From Trichoplax sp. H2 (lineage: Eukaryota), in NCBI GenBank assembly GCA_003344405.1, contig NOWV01000238.1, positions 62,001 through 97,736 on the forward strand: a stretch of 35,736 bases of DNA, written 5' to 3'. Positions within the stretch are counted from its first letter, which is position 1. Every line of letters begins with the position of its first letter. Position numbers and translations under genes: made by a program. This document shows, piece after piece, positions 1-11,522 of the stretch. The notes under the pieces are model-generated. The model was not told where the DNA came from and searched no databases. It saw nothing but the letters and a program-made list of their open reading frames with translations.

Positions 1-3000
1 ATATCTATCTGGATCGTGAATTAGCCGCGCGTTACCTAAGGATATCATAAAACTGCATCATAAATAAGCGCTTTTAAAAGATTATTAATAAACTATTACG
101 AATATCTACAGTCAAGATAGCTACTGGATAATAATATTTTCTCATACATTTCTGATGGATAGTTTTTGAACCTACTTACCAATGCAAGTTGGATATACTC
201 CGCTGAAGAACGTTAATTCTAATCCTATTGGTAACAAAGATCACACAATCGGATGATTACTTAATTAAAATTGATAAAATAAAGACTCAAGAGGGTGACT
301 GTATGGTATTTTACCTGTATACGCGAATACAGCACTAAGCAGTAACATTTCCTTAGTCGTAAGCAAGTGAATAGATCGCACTAAAATCAAACATAATTAT
401 GGAATTACAGTTCATCAATATCAATATTATTGCACTGTACATGAATTTATCGATCTTACTAAAAGCTTGCCATGGTCCTTCTTCTGATGCATTCTTTGAG
501 CTTTAAGAAATAGTTTTAATATTCAATTAATTTTGATGCAGTTGTAAAAATACATTTCCGTGTAATTAAGCGTTAAAGCAAATTAATTTAAATTTTTACC
601 CAATATTCATTGGTAGTTCTTCTTCTTCCTATGTCCATATAAAACATTAATCTTACTTTATGATATGCAAATTATCATGTACCTTTAAATAACTATCACA
701 TTGATCAACGGTAGTTTGTAAAGGGTAGCAGGCATTATTTACCGATACTTTTGGTTTCCGCAAAGTTAGTAAACCTAATGTTCCGATAACGCATACCACG
801 GTAAGAACTGAATAGATGATATATCTGTATTCATCAGCTATAAAACAATCAAAGATTTAAAGTTAAAACAAGAATTAAAAGTTCTATAATAACGGATATT
901 ATAACTGGAGGAAAAGGTGACCTGTATGAACGTGTACGAGTACACGTGTGCTTAGCAGCAAATAACGATACTCACATATAATGCTGACTCCTTCCAATTG
1001 CAAAAAAACGTATAAATTACCAAATAGTAAGCTACAAGACATAACAATTGGATTTAATATTAATTTTGAATATATCCGTTACAAAAAATGGAGAAAATAA
1101 AATACTACAATAAAAACATAGCAAACGTGTTATAAAAGATTTGTAGAGGTTTGTACCTAAATTGTAGTAAAGCCCAAAATATGCCACTGTTACGAGCGAT
1201 CGTATCAGGATCAGAATTAATGGTTAAAAAGTTACCCTGGGCCGTCCATAAAACTAACAAAAATTAAGAACGAATCAATCAAACAGTTGTCGATTAGATG
1301 TAATAACCTCATAAGCTACAACATACTTCCTGCCCCCACTCCTACTAAAGCTGATGCAATGTACAGAGTTGCTGCCAAAGGTTGTATCAATGATGCGATA
1401 AATAAGCTGAAATATCCATAAATATTATAATGTTAGATGAATTAGTTAGTGTTACAAATATTCTGATTAGCTAAGCGTAACATGATGATCTGGACAATGT
1501 ATAAATGGTATAATAGCAGTCAATTTTTAACATTTGCCTACCAGTAAGGAATAGCTCCAGCTAACATGGAATATTTTGGACCAATAACACTAACTACTGA
1601 TGGTCCCAGCCAATTTGAGGCAGCAAAAACACTATAAATTATAGCCAAGCTATGAAATAATTAAGAATGGAAACGGTCAATATTTAAATTAAAATCGGAA
1701 ATCACTTCTATTAGCTAATTAATTCTTTTGGCCCTTTTCTTAAATTATATTTTAATTACCTTACCTATTGGCCTTTTAATACTACAGTATACTGTACAGT
1801 GCTCGTATTCTGGTACTATAAATGACAACATTGTTTATGTAGCTAATGTAAATTAATCGTACCTATTATAGCCGCTCGCTATCGAGAGAGGAGTATTGAT
1901 AATGAATCATAGCAAGAAAATTGTTTGTTTAGGAAGAAAAATATCAGATTAGAATAATTCCTGTACGTAATTTATATTTAAATGAACTAAATTTCGTTCA
2001 AGGCTATCCTTCTATAAATGGATAACTAACCTGTGAAAGTGGTATTATGCATTTTCGCCTCTTGTTCCGCACTTTTCAACACACGTTGCTACAAACGAAT
2101 GAAGAAACATTAGAGGTACAGTTCGTACGCTTTGTAACTTTTAACTTGATGAAAATGTACATGTGCAAATAATGTTGTTAGTATGTTTCAGCTCTTTTTC
2201 AGATTAACCTTTTAACTGAATCATTTTATGGATTGTAGCATAAGTTCCAATCACAAAATCAAAATCATGGTACGAGCGTATACTGTATCTCAACATGGTA
2301 AGGATATCATAAGTAATTCTACTTTGTTCTTCTCTTTTTACAACTGGCTACAGAATCACTTCCGAGTTAAACAATACCAAGATGACTAGGCTATTACGCC
2401 AATTTCAATAGTGTGGTAAATTGAATATTTACTGCATGAGCAGTTTGTACCACCCACGATAAGAATAACAACAATATTGTAGTTGTGTACAAGTGCATAA
2501 AGCTACGTGGAGAATCCGTCATTACATCGATACCTCCCTACTTGCAATTGGCAAGGATAGTGTACTTATGAGGCTAGCGATCGATTAGTGTAGGATGATC
2601 AATTCGATATTTACTGCTGAGGTACAATTTTTTTAGCCATCAAAGGTAACTAATCTACTTGTTGTATAAAGTCCAACCCTGATGATCAATATTGATGATA
2701 CGAAAACAAGATGGATAGCTGTATTAATTAATTAACAGCAGCATTTAGTTTTATCAGGTCCAGTTGAATATGGATACTATACTGATGTGATTTGTTCCAA
2801 TTGCTTTCAACATTTGAAAGACTTGAACTACAGCTGGACATGGAAGGAATTTTAAGCAATGTATACCATAGATGCATTAGTATACTATAGTACTGTACAG
2901 TACTACTCTTGAGGGCACGATTCTGACTATTATGGATTGTATTGTTGCCAGTTAAAAATACTCCATGGTATAGAATCATTTTATGTATGAAGAAGTCATT

Positions 3001-4125
3001 GAAAACTAATTTTACCAGATAGTAATGCTACAGTATAAATGGTCAATAGGCAAATTGGTCAATTTATCTGCCATTAGTCCGCAGATATAGCGTTTACGGA
3101 TTAGCAAACTGGTATTTTCATAGTGACAACGGTAAGGTAAACACGTAAGTCATTGTATCCTTTTGGATGGATTATTCTTAGCCTCTTCATTATTGTAAAA
3201 GTCATTTACTATCATCATAACGATCAGTGGATCCTATTCTTGAAGAAGACTCCATCAAAGTGACCATATTACTCATCACTTGATCAAGAGGTGTTGTATT
3301 TACTCCTTTGGTAGAGCTGACAATCATCTAGAACAAATCATATCACTACTAGGTCTGGGATTGACCCTTTGATTGAGGCAAGGCAATTGGAAGTGGTATT
3401 GTTCGATCATCCTGGGAAAGAAATTAATCATCGATATTATAAGACTAAATTGAAGCCTAAGTTGTATTAAGGTGAATTGAGGCGAATTATCTAGTACCAA
3501 TCTGTACAATGTCATTGCTAGGACTTTATCTTTGATGAAGGAAACGGTGATAGACGATCTTCCTAGTGTGGAAATTGGATTACGACTGGTGTAAAAGCTT
3601 TCGAGTTAGCGATCGTGATAGGATGGAAATTTCATTGATATTGCAAGACTACGTCGAAGAATATGCTTCAAATGATAATAAGTTAATCATGGAATAGAAA
3701 TTGTATAACTACAAGAGTGAATCCATGGATGAAAGGCGAAGACAATGGCATTTGGTTGTACGATGAAAAATCTTGCGGATACAAGGCATGAGTAGGCATG
3801 ACAAACCTCATTGAAAAAGAAGCCTAGACTAGCGCTAAGATAAAAATCATCTCATGCAGTTCTACACCCTTATCACCGTCCATAGTTGAATTGAGTGAAT
3901 AGAGGCACAATAAGAGTCATAGGAGGAAGAAAATAGAGCCATGGATAGGCCGATAGTACGCTTTGATTTTGTTAACAACGACTATCCATCTACCGTCAAC
4001 AAGATGATGAAGAAAGCAACAATCATCGCTCGACCTACCTCAATTTCCGAGCAAGTTTGAAAAGCGGTGAAAATAAACATAAAAGCGAATCCCATCAAGA
4101 TGACATTGAGTAACTTAATCTCCAT
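1..4125 (-). CDS. MFSD11: UNC93-like MFS transporter MFSD11, 3' end beyond the window. Exons: 4039-4125, 2031-2088, 1863-1878, 1542-1649, 1327-1406, 1157-1253, 976-1031, 743-837, 600-628, 460-500, 315-380, 180-224, <1-35
   Basis: The phase-consistent GT-AG splice chain translates to MEIKLLNVILMGFAFMFIFTAFQTCSEIE|QRVLKSAEQ..SGYNS|LAIIYSVFAASNWLGPSVVSVIGPKYSM..ILWTAQGNFLTINSDPDTIARNSGIFWALLQ..TKEMLLLSAVFAYTG|LELTFFSGVYPTCIG. These match hallmark MFSD11/UNC-93 motifs. Confidence 0.93.
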
Positions 4126-4291
4126 TTTGCCCTATAAAATGATTCCAAGTCACGATCGATTGCAATAACAACAAATTGATTTTCAATATTAGTGGAAGCA
4201 ATTTCAAGCAGTCGTTTCCTTTTCTTCTTTCTCAGCCCTGGAGTAATATTATGCGACCTGACCTGGTTGTGATGTAAACGAGGCGTCGTCA

Positions 4292-4369
4292 CTGACGTAA
4301 TCAGTCTAGTGACAAAGGCAGTAGACTGTACCGATCCCAATCCGGTCCGTTCCGTTTTCGGTGACGTCA
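4292..4369. promoter_or_regulatory. Candidate MFSD11 proximal promoter with a CRE palindrome TGACGTCA (4362-4369), a variant TGACGTAA (~4293-4300) and CCAAT (~4337)
   Basis: The motifs are read directly in a CpG-richer patch about 170-240 bp upstream of the ATG. Function is inferred. Confidence 0.35.
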
Positions 4370-4821
4370 TGGTCCGTTTCGATCACTTTTCACTCTGGCA
4401 TTGACCACGCGGGTGAGGTGTTCCTTTGTTCTACAGTACTCAAGATTCTCTCTGAGTACAGTACATTGTACTCCAGACTACAGTACTACAGCATACTGTA
4501 CATTGTGCACCAATACCGTGTTGAAAGTGGCTTATTGCGCAATAACAGTCTCGTGATCGCTGGCTGACCGAAACCAAATGGAGTAGTGGTACAGTACTGT
4601 ACAGTAAACATACGCATACAGTACAGTACAGTATAGTACTGTACCAGTAAATTGAGTAGGACTACTAAGTGGAGAAACCACCTTGGGCTGCTGCCTGTAG
4701 TAGACAATCTCATACAAGTATCCTGCACATCGAGCTCAAGATGGACGACTCAATATTTATTATTCAGTACAACTGCTGAAATTCTGTAGAACATAACTAG
4801 CACTGGCCAAAACCATACATC

Positions 4822-4998
4822 CATAGACTTGTAGAAATGTCCTACAAGTCTATGATTCAATGCAGTTTCATGATGCCAAATGAAAGGACTGAATCATACG
4901 TCGAGATTACTCCATTCATTACTGGTGGACTACTGAGTTCAGTAGGCCATGACCATCATGTCATGGACTTGCAGAAATTGCCTGCATGTCCATGATAT
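4822..4998. other. Cluster of inverted repeats, including two related 33-nt palindromes (4822-4854 and 4962-4994)
   Basis: CATAGACTTGTAG-aaatgtc-CTACAAGTCTATG pairs 13/13 and CATGGACTTGCAG-aaattgc-CTGCATGTCCATG pairs 12/13. Further inverted repeats lie at 4852-4897 and 4930-4945. Confidence 0.8.
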
Positions 4999-7452
4999 AG
5001 TAAAGTAGAGAACAGTGTATACTGTACTTCATGCTGCTTCAAGAAGTTGAAACTACTCTACTCAGTGTTGTAATACCAGAAAATTCTCTTATCGCAAGTC
5101 AAGACTAAATAATACTTAACTTGCAATTACTTCCGTAATTGACAAAGTTACAGATACTATTAGAACTATCAATCAAGTAGTTATTATTATTATTGAATGG
5201 ATAATGTTCTGATTATGAAAAATTATTATTTATTTTTACCAATTCTCTCATCATGACATTGACTATTGCACTTAACATTAGCCTTAAAGCATTTGCATCG
5301 GTTAATAATACAAGATGCATGGCATTTCGCGAATTGACTGGATTTCGTACTTGGACGGTAACAACAGTGTACTGGTTTCAGTCACTGTTGTTCAGTAGCT
5401 AATGTAACTGTACTGTTAATCTTGTTGTACACTGCAACACATTGTAGAACTACATGGCTATACAGTAGAACTTAATGGTATTACATAAACTGCAATATGC
5501 ACGGACAATATTGTTTGTGCAAGGCCTCACTGACTGGTGCAATCAATGGGCTGAATATTCCCGAAAAGAAATCACTTATCCGCAATCAATCCCATACTAA
5601 GCTACCAAAACGATTCAGGATAATGCAATGTGGTGTACTACAGTTTGATACTGAACAGTGAAAACTGCTGTTAGCTTGTCATTTCAAGCTTTAACTCGAA
5701 TGTGTGTATCACTACTCTGCAATCTTCGTTTGTAGAGGTCTGGTGTGGATATCCTAAAAGTAAAACTACTTCAATGCTTATCATTTTGCCCCATCTCTCA
5801 ATTAAACTATTAAATATTTGCTGTTTTCTGATTGTAGTCCATGACGAAGCCTATTCTCGAGCATTACTGCCGAGTTGCTCTAAAATACTAGTATAAAGCC
5901 AAATTGCAGGTAGTATTTATGATACGACGAATGAACAAAGCAATTTTGAAAAGTCAATTATTGAACACTACTTACTGCCTAATAGCTCTAAAACAGTATC
6001 ATAGCTAAAACTGGCGGCATTATCAAATGATAATATATGCGACGAGTAAATACTCTACAACAGTTTTCCTTTAAGAAACATCAATTGTCGGCTTACATCC
6101 AACGGTTCAACTGTCTCCTGCTGTCACGCAAATTACTTCAATTAGCAAAAATGATATATTAATAGTATTCTCCAAGGCATGTTTTTATCATTGTCAATTT
6201 ATACAAATCCGGATTATAGATTGCACTATACAGTACTCACATATTACAAAACATGTTATCATTATTTAGTAATTAGTTCTAGCTTACAATATTTGAATAC
6301 ATGGCCAGAATAAGAATAGGCAGTGATGAATAACAGATAAATAATGCTTAATCATTAACTTAATTTTCTATCCAATTTTAATCAATAATATAGCATATTT
6401 ATCAAAAACATGACAACTATTACCATCAAGATGAGATACTTGAAACTACACAACAATCAAAACAAGATGGTACTGTTCTCGGTATCTTGCTAATAAAGCA
6501 GCACTTACGATTACTAAACATAACAAAAACCGCCCTTTCCATTTTAACACAGTAATAAAAGTCTAAATAATATGAACTGACAGTGAATAAAAAAAGTTTT
6601 ATCCGGTTCAATACTTTTTTGTCAAGCACAGACTACTAGAGATAAGACCAATTACTATGCAAATCAACATTTATATAGTCAATTGTATCTTTTAAACTTG
6701 ACTACTAAAATAAATCACATGTTCGACTGGACTCACGAGAGAATAACAAATAATCTCAAGTCTCCATCATACCCTTCAACTTTTAAACTGTAAATGTTAT
6801 AGCTAATTTAGAATCTAATACTTTATGCTACCTTACACTAAATACAATGATACTCTACAATAATAGCATTTACTTTATTACTCCGTCATATATTAACAAG
6901 GAACAAAATCCTTTACTGCATTACTACATAATGGTATCGCCATCTATCGAAATATTTAGATACAAGCGTAGAAAGTTTAACGTAAATGATATTAGATATA
7001 AATTCTAAGCAAAGTACCTAATGACTGAATCACTATTAGAAATAATGCAGTGCGTAGATCATTTAAATAGTATATATTAATATAATATACACTTACATCT
7101 AAACAGCCAGTATACTATCTGGCCTATACTACTGCATTAACTTTATTCAACAATATAATTACTAAACAATTTTAAAACTACATAAACATAAAATTATTAA
7201 AATTTTAGAAAGCAACTGTTTCAATCAAACTGGCTATATCATTTCGAATTTTTCCAGTAACAGTAAAGAGAATATCAAATAATTCAGAATGATTGAATAC
7301 TTAAAATCAGGTAAGGAAAGTTGTCCATCCACATCAATAGCAAGGCTTGTTATCGGTACACGTCGTAATTTTTAATAAGAGTGAGTGATCATATTTAACA
7401 GACACATATTACATAAAAAATGCTCGATTGATCTTACTACGTTTGAAGAGTT

Positions 7453-9892
7453 TTAATTGCCACGCTGTGCGTAATCATGGTCCGTAACTAGCTTGCAATG
7501 CATTGGATATCCTACGCAATTAAAAAAATTACATTGTCATTTTATTATAGAGTGTATTGTATCGATAAGAAGATATCTTAATTTCTGTTATATTTCTATA
7601 ATAGAAAACGCTAATTTGCATTAATTAGAAATTCATGGGGTTAAACACGTATTAAATACCGTCTAAGCTCCGGTTATGATAACTGGAAACAGCCTTAATA
7701 GCATCGCTTTCATTGACATAGACAACTTCGGCAATACCATTAGTATTGAGTCTAGCAGATCGTAATCTACCAATAGCTCCAAATAATTCCTAAGTTTGCA
7801 TATAATTAATCAGACAGTGTGAATAGCAAGTAGTTTATGTGCTAACGAACAACATTCCATGCTTTCAATCAAGCTAGCGCATGATGTAGTCTGCTGAATA
7901 ATCATACTATTCATAGTATGATCGAGCATTATCATAATGTGCTTACTAATACTGCAGGTAAAGCAAATTAACAACATACCTTAATATCATCTTCGGTGAC
8001 GGTATAATATAGATTGCTAACAACCACCACATGTTCTACGGGTTTTTTCGGCGTTTGCTATAAATTATGCGCAAATGTTGAAGCTATTGTTAATCCCATC
8101 ATAAAAACTACATTTACATGAGATGCTAACGAAATAATATAACAAGTAGATCGTACCTCCGGTAAATCGTTAAATATTGTAACTTTAAGCGATGCCGGCG
8201 ATATCAAGCTACTTTTGTCAACCTTAGCACTCTTTGAAGTAATAGCTTTGCTACTATTTATGGTACCACTACTACCAAAGATTGTCTTGTTAGGTACTCT
8301 ATCTTTTATAATATTCTTAGTACTAGCGCTTGTGGTAGAGGAATTAAACTAGTGCAAGTAAAATTCAGATATTAGCTGACATCAATTTTCATTAATAATA
8401 TATCATTAACTATTCACAAAAACAAGAAATAATTTTTAATTACTTTAATTGGATTCTTTGCAGCAGGATTACTTGTTCTTTCATTGCGCAACGTGATGAA
8501 TAGAGATCCTTCTTTCCGATTACGTTCAGAAGCCTTCTTACGTTTTTCCTCTATAAGAGAAGATCTTTGACGCTTTCGATCATTGTCTATAGACTAAAAA
8601 ATTGGTAGTACTTCATTTTAACATCAACTATGTATTGGATTATAGATACAATAAGATATTTACGGAATGTACTGCACTGTCTATTGTCATAAAAGGTAGA
8701 GATAGATGATTAATTTTTTGATAATGAACTGCACAATATCAGCTTGAAGATGGCTAATGCTGCATGGTTAACAACAATAATATTCATTGCAGTTACTTTT
8801 GCTATTCGTATGCATCATTACAGTAGTATCGGGGAAATAATAACTTTATATCTTAACGAGCAATTCATTTAGATGGAGAAAATTAAATCAACGCTTGCAG
8901 TCATCTTCCTCAGATTCTCATACGTGAAGATTTCATTGACGTCATTTTCATAATATAATGCATATTTAGTTTCAGAAATGCTGGAGATATATCATCCAAT
9001 TTCAGAGTCGTATGCGGGAAAGACTATCTTAAGATATACTCGTACGTATAAAGTCTAGACTGACAACTAAAGTATTGTATAGTATATTCTATCTGATTGT
9101 AAACTAAACGAGTGACGAATTCATTATTCCTATAACATGCGTACATTTGGACTGAGTGGATAGCAATGCTTATGAGAAATCATATTAAGCATATAGATTA
9201 AAGATAAACTAATGTTAACTTAACTGACGATTGGTATAGCTTTCACTAGTGTGCTAAGTCTAGCCTGTTAAACTAACAGTAATCTTGTACCAAACCGGTT
9301 GATCACAGTGGTTGTCTATTGAAGTACATGCTATTATCCCATATTTAGTTATTTAATTTACTTATACAGTACTTCGTACTTGCTTAGACCGTACTGTAGA
9401 TACTGGTTTAGCTGGAAGAGCTACCACTTTTTATAGACATATTAAGTAATGGAGAGTGCAGTGTTTACCATATTACTAAATTAAGTCAGTAAAACTTTTG
9501 AAGCACATGGAAGGGAAAAAATGATAAGAAAATAAATTTCATACTTGTCTCCTAGCTCGGCGTAAATTATTACTAGCATCGTAATCCTGCCTTCGAGGTG
9601 CCTTCTGTTTCATTCCACCACGGTTGTCTTGAATCATTTGCCTGGCATCGAAGGGAGCCGAGCGTTGAAACTTGTTCCTTGAATTTTGATTATTACTACT
9701 TCTTTCGTTCGGTCTCGACAGTTTCTGTCTTGCATCGACGATCACTTGATTATTTTTCCCTCCTTTTGCACGAGATTGCTTGCCAGTACTTTTGACTTGA
9801 TTTCCTTTCTTTTTGCCACTTTTCGATGATTTCACTTTCTTTTGAGCAATATAATCATCAAGGGACATATCAATCGGATCATTTGCAGACAT
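7453..9892 (-). CDS. POLDIP3: Polymerase delta-interacting protein 3 / SKAR-like RRM protein, ~318 aa. Exons: 9545-9892, 8444-8593, 8157-8348, 7980-8057, 7660-7789, 7453-7511
   Basis: Has an N-terminal IDMSLDDYIAQKK (UAP56-binding-type motif) and DARQKL/DARQMI repeats. The C-terminal RRM reads VVVSNLYYTVTEDDIK|ELFGAIG..GIAEVVY..DAIKAVSSYHNRSLDG|YPMHCKL, resembling POLDIP3 YNNRCLDGQPMKC. Splice phases are consistent. Confidence 0.85.
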
Positions 9893-10303
9893 GCTTATCA
9901 ATAACTTCCTTGTTCTACTTTAATTGATCATTTTACGACATCAAAAAGAAAGGACATATTAGCAATGAATTGATACTTCTTCAAGTATACACATTTTGCT
10001 TTTTCACTGTCGAACTAGACTAGCATACGCGTACATAGAGTCATTTCATGACTAATTTACACTTCATTTCAACTCGACCATCTTAGTGTACTGTAGACGT
10101 AGCTCGGTAGCTGACTGATTCTTGTGTCTTGCTAAGTTATACTATAATGTTCTCTGATACCGTTAAAGTAATCATAATACTTCTACTACGGAGATTGGCA
10201 GTAATGACTTTCCTACACATATATCATGTACGGCATTAATCTGTTCCGTAATCAATCCAAATGATGCATCACAATTACCTAATTTTTAAATTCTGTCTTG
10301 TAA

Positions 10304-10558
10304 AAAATAGCAAACTTTTATCGGCCAAATATCTGCCCTTCAAGGAATCACTTGGTATCTTGCAGAATCAATCACTCGGTATAATTGAGTGGAAAATAGC
10401 AAACTTTCTTTTATCGGCCAATATCTGCCCTTCAAGGAAGCACTCGGTATCTTGCAGAATCAATCACTCGGTATAGTTTTGTGGAAAATAGCAAACTTTA
10501 TCGGCCAATATCTACCCTTCAAGGAATCAAGAAGTATCTTGCAGAATCAACCACTCGT
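10304..10558. repeat. Tandem repeat, ~90 bp unit, 3 copies (starts ~10304, 10393, 10485)
   Basis: The unit AAAATAGCAAACTTT..ATCGGCCAATATCTGCCCTTCAAGGAATCAC..GTATCTTGCAGAATCAATCACTCGGTAT recurs three times. Confidence 0.92.
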
Positions 10559-10958
10559 AGTTGAGATGGTCGAGGAGGGTTTGCTGTCTTTTATGATTGG
10601 CTTCAGTACGGTACCAACGGAACATCATACAGTACCCAATGTGCTACGTACAGTACAAACACTGTACGAAGGCAGTCGGGGTACTGTAGCTGGACGGGAC
10701 AGTAGGCTACATTCAGGGGCTAGTGAGAGAGCGAGTAATCCCTGCTATAGTAGGACAACTTCCAGATTGTCATGAAAAATTACTAAAATTCTACTATGCT
10801 AAGTGCGGCGGTATACGGTAGAGTTGTCAGTTAGGATCTAGTCATTTGCAAAAATTTCCAAATTATGAAATAGACTGAATCAAGGCTGTCTGAAGTACAG
10901 CAGTACTGCATAAAACTGGCTCAAATACATCAAGAGTAATGGATAGGGGCTACTGAAA

Positions 10959-11239
10959 TACTGCCCAAAGTACAGTATTAAAAATGTCCTTGGCTAATAG
11001 GCATAACTTGAAATACTGCTAAAATTAAGCAAACTTTTTACCTTAGCTTGCTCTTTACCATAGGTAACAGATACAGTACAGTAATAAATCGTTAGGTAGT
11101 ACTGCCCAAAGTACAGTATTAAACATGTCCATGACTAATAGGCATAACTTGAAATACTGCTAAAATTTAAGCAAACTTTACCTTAGCTTGCTCTTTACCA
11201 TAGGTAACAGATACAGTACAGCAATAAATCGTTAGGTAG
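10959..11239. repeat. Tandem duplication, ~141 bp x 2
   Basis: TACTGCCCAAAGTACAGTATTAAA...AATAAATCGTTAGGTAG occurs at 10959 and 11100 with few substitutions. Confidence 0.92.
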
Positions 11240-11522
11240 GACGCAAGTACTAGACTCATATAACTGTAGTTTGTGCAGTAAAATACAATTATTAATATCG
11301 GAAATTACTCTTTCCCGAACGCTGATATTCCGATTTATTAGTCAATTATAATTTCTATTACAACAATTATGGGCTATAAGTCCACCCGCAGAACATAATC
11401 TGTTACAGTAATTAACACATATAGTGAAAAAAATTGCAGCATTTCCAATTTCCCATGAATATTCACACCCATAAAAAATAATTGCAAGAAATAGCTTCAA
11501 GAAGAACAGCTAGAAGCAAATT

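Noticed and set aside
3224..3279. Possible intronic C/D snoRNA on the - strand (GTGATGA...CTGA)
   Set aside because: It is only 56 nt, has no proper terminal stem, and I recognise no rRNA or snRNA complement to the putative guides.
5672..5753. Possible alternative last exon of POLDIP3 (tag|GATATCCA matches the start of the real last exon)
   Set aside because: The match is only ~11 nt, and the peptide lacks the conserved PMxCxL end of the RRM.
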